Source of the DNA: Sphagnum compactum
Taxonomy: Eukaryota
NCBI GenBank assembly: GCA_965153455.1
Contig: OZ234493.1
Location: 3,844,001-3,908,000 of the forward strand
DNA: 64,000 nt
Direction: 5' to 3'
Shown here one piece after another: positions 62,930 to 64,000 of this stretch. How positions within the stretch are numbered: position 1 is the stretch's first letter; each line of letters begins with the position of its first letter. A program made the translations under genes and the position numbers. The notes under the pieces are model-generated. The model had not been told where the DNA came from. It saw only the letters and a list, made by a program, of their open reading frames with translations, and ran no database searches.

Positions 62930-63990
62930 GCAAAAACTATGTGCAAAAACTATGAACCTATAAAGACCAAATGTCACACAATTTTCATTTCCAAATCATG
63001 CAATGCAAATGGACCATTATCCCATCCCTTTTTTTTAGTGTTGTTGAGAAACATTTGAACTAGGATACATCTCAATGTTGGATAACATGTGATATGTGCT
63101 AAGGTAGGGTGATCATATCTAACCCAATTGTTGTGCTTGCACTATTGCTTTTAAAAGTGATATGTGAATCATGCCCAACCATAGTTAATATATTGAAATT
63201 GGTTAATAAAATTCCACTTGGAATAAACTTTTGTAAGAAAGACAAGAATTATTCAAATAGGACACATGTCATCCAAACCTTCTTTTGCATTGACATATAT
63301 ACATGTCCTTAGTTTGCAAAGTTTGGCGTAGTCATCCCACAATCTTTCATCATTAAAAATGAAAAATCCCACTTGTTACATTTATCTTTATATAATTGAC
63401 ATTTAACCATTTGACCAATAATTGAGAATGGTGTATAAACTTGATTTCAACCTTTTTTAGCTAGAACTATTGCTCCTAATTTTATTTTTATTTGAATTCA
63501 TGTTTCATTCAATATATATATATATATATAATTATAATTGTGGTGATTGTACAATCCTTCAAGTTTCGAATTACAAGAATTATTCATCAAACATTGTTCC
63601 TTGCAAATTTTGAATCCATCTATGTGTTGAATATTCAATTTTGGATGTCTACGCTTGAACCCATACCACTAACTATTCCATGCTACATTATTGTGAAATA
63701 ACATGTTGTACTAGTTTGCATGAGCTCTACCACTTTCATCTTGAGCTATTAGAAGGTTATTGACAACCTACATTTTTACATAATTGAGGTCCAAATAATT
63801 ACTATTACACCTTTTTCTTTTGTTATCACATTAACTTGTTGCCTTTGTTTTCCTCATTACAAAAAATCATAATTTAAAAAGTTGTCCAACTTGATTGATC
63901 ACTTATATGTTTTGATTGGAAAAATAGTTTTTTAAAAATTGGAAATGTGGGTGCTAAAGTGACATGCCTTTTTCATATGTTCATTTGGTT
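62930..63990 (-). pseudogene. Highly degenerate pogo/Tc1-mariner (CENP-B HTH + DDE_1) transposase
   Basis: The reverse complement gives, in order, LKMKVVELMQT, GFKRRHPKLNI, GAIVLAKKG, MQKKVWMTCVLF, NILTMVGHDSHIT and GLDMITLP*HISHVIQH*DVS*FK. These match the pogo DDE_1 motifs (AWMT, LILDGHxSH, LPxHTSHxLQPLDV). Confidence 0.65.
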
Positions 63991-64000
63991 AAAATGAGTT

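Overview
Eukaryotic land-plant DNA; the composition and repeat types suggest a bryophyte, possibly Sphagnum-like (inference). AT-rich, transposon-derived flanks (about 1-11.7 kb and 56.8-64 kb) surround a gene-rich core. The six genes are BASS4-type Na+/metabolite transporter (+), SF1/BBP-like KH splicing factor (-), mitochondrial IMP1 protease (+), ARF1 GTPase (+), an intron-containing lycopene beta-cyclase (+) and a single-exon TM-RING E3 ligase (-). An 8.2-kb Helitron (48540-56757, - strand) has both termini. It carries a GC-rich, intron-containing but disabled Rep-helicase gene with 23-aa STPR-like repeats, and a mosaic of captured host-gene fragments (CHL27/CRD1, plasma-membrane H+-ATPase, unidentified exons). 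Also present: a 537-bp mini-Helitron, two hAT-type MITEs with 8-bp TSDs, Harbinger/hAT/pogo transposase fossils, a U6 snRNA retrocopy with TSD, and several minisatellites. The most novel-looking signal is a 103-nt, G-U-rich, strand-specific hairpin that buries a 5' splice site inside an intron of the SF1-like gene. All coordinates were read by eye.
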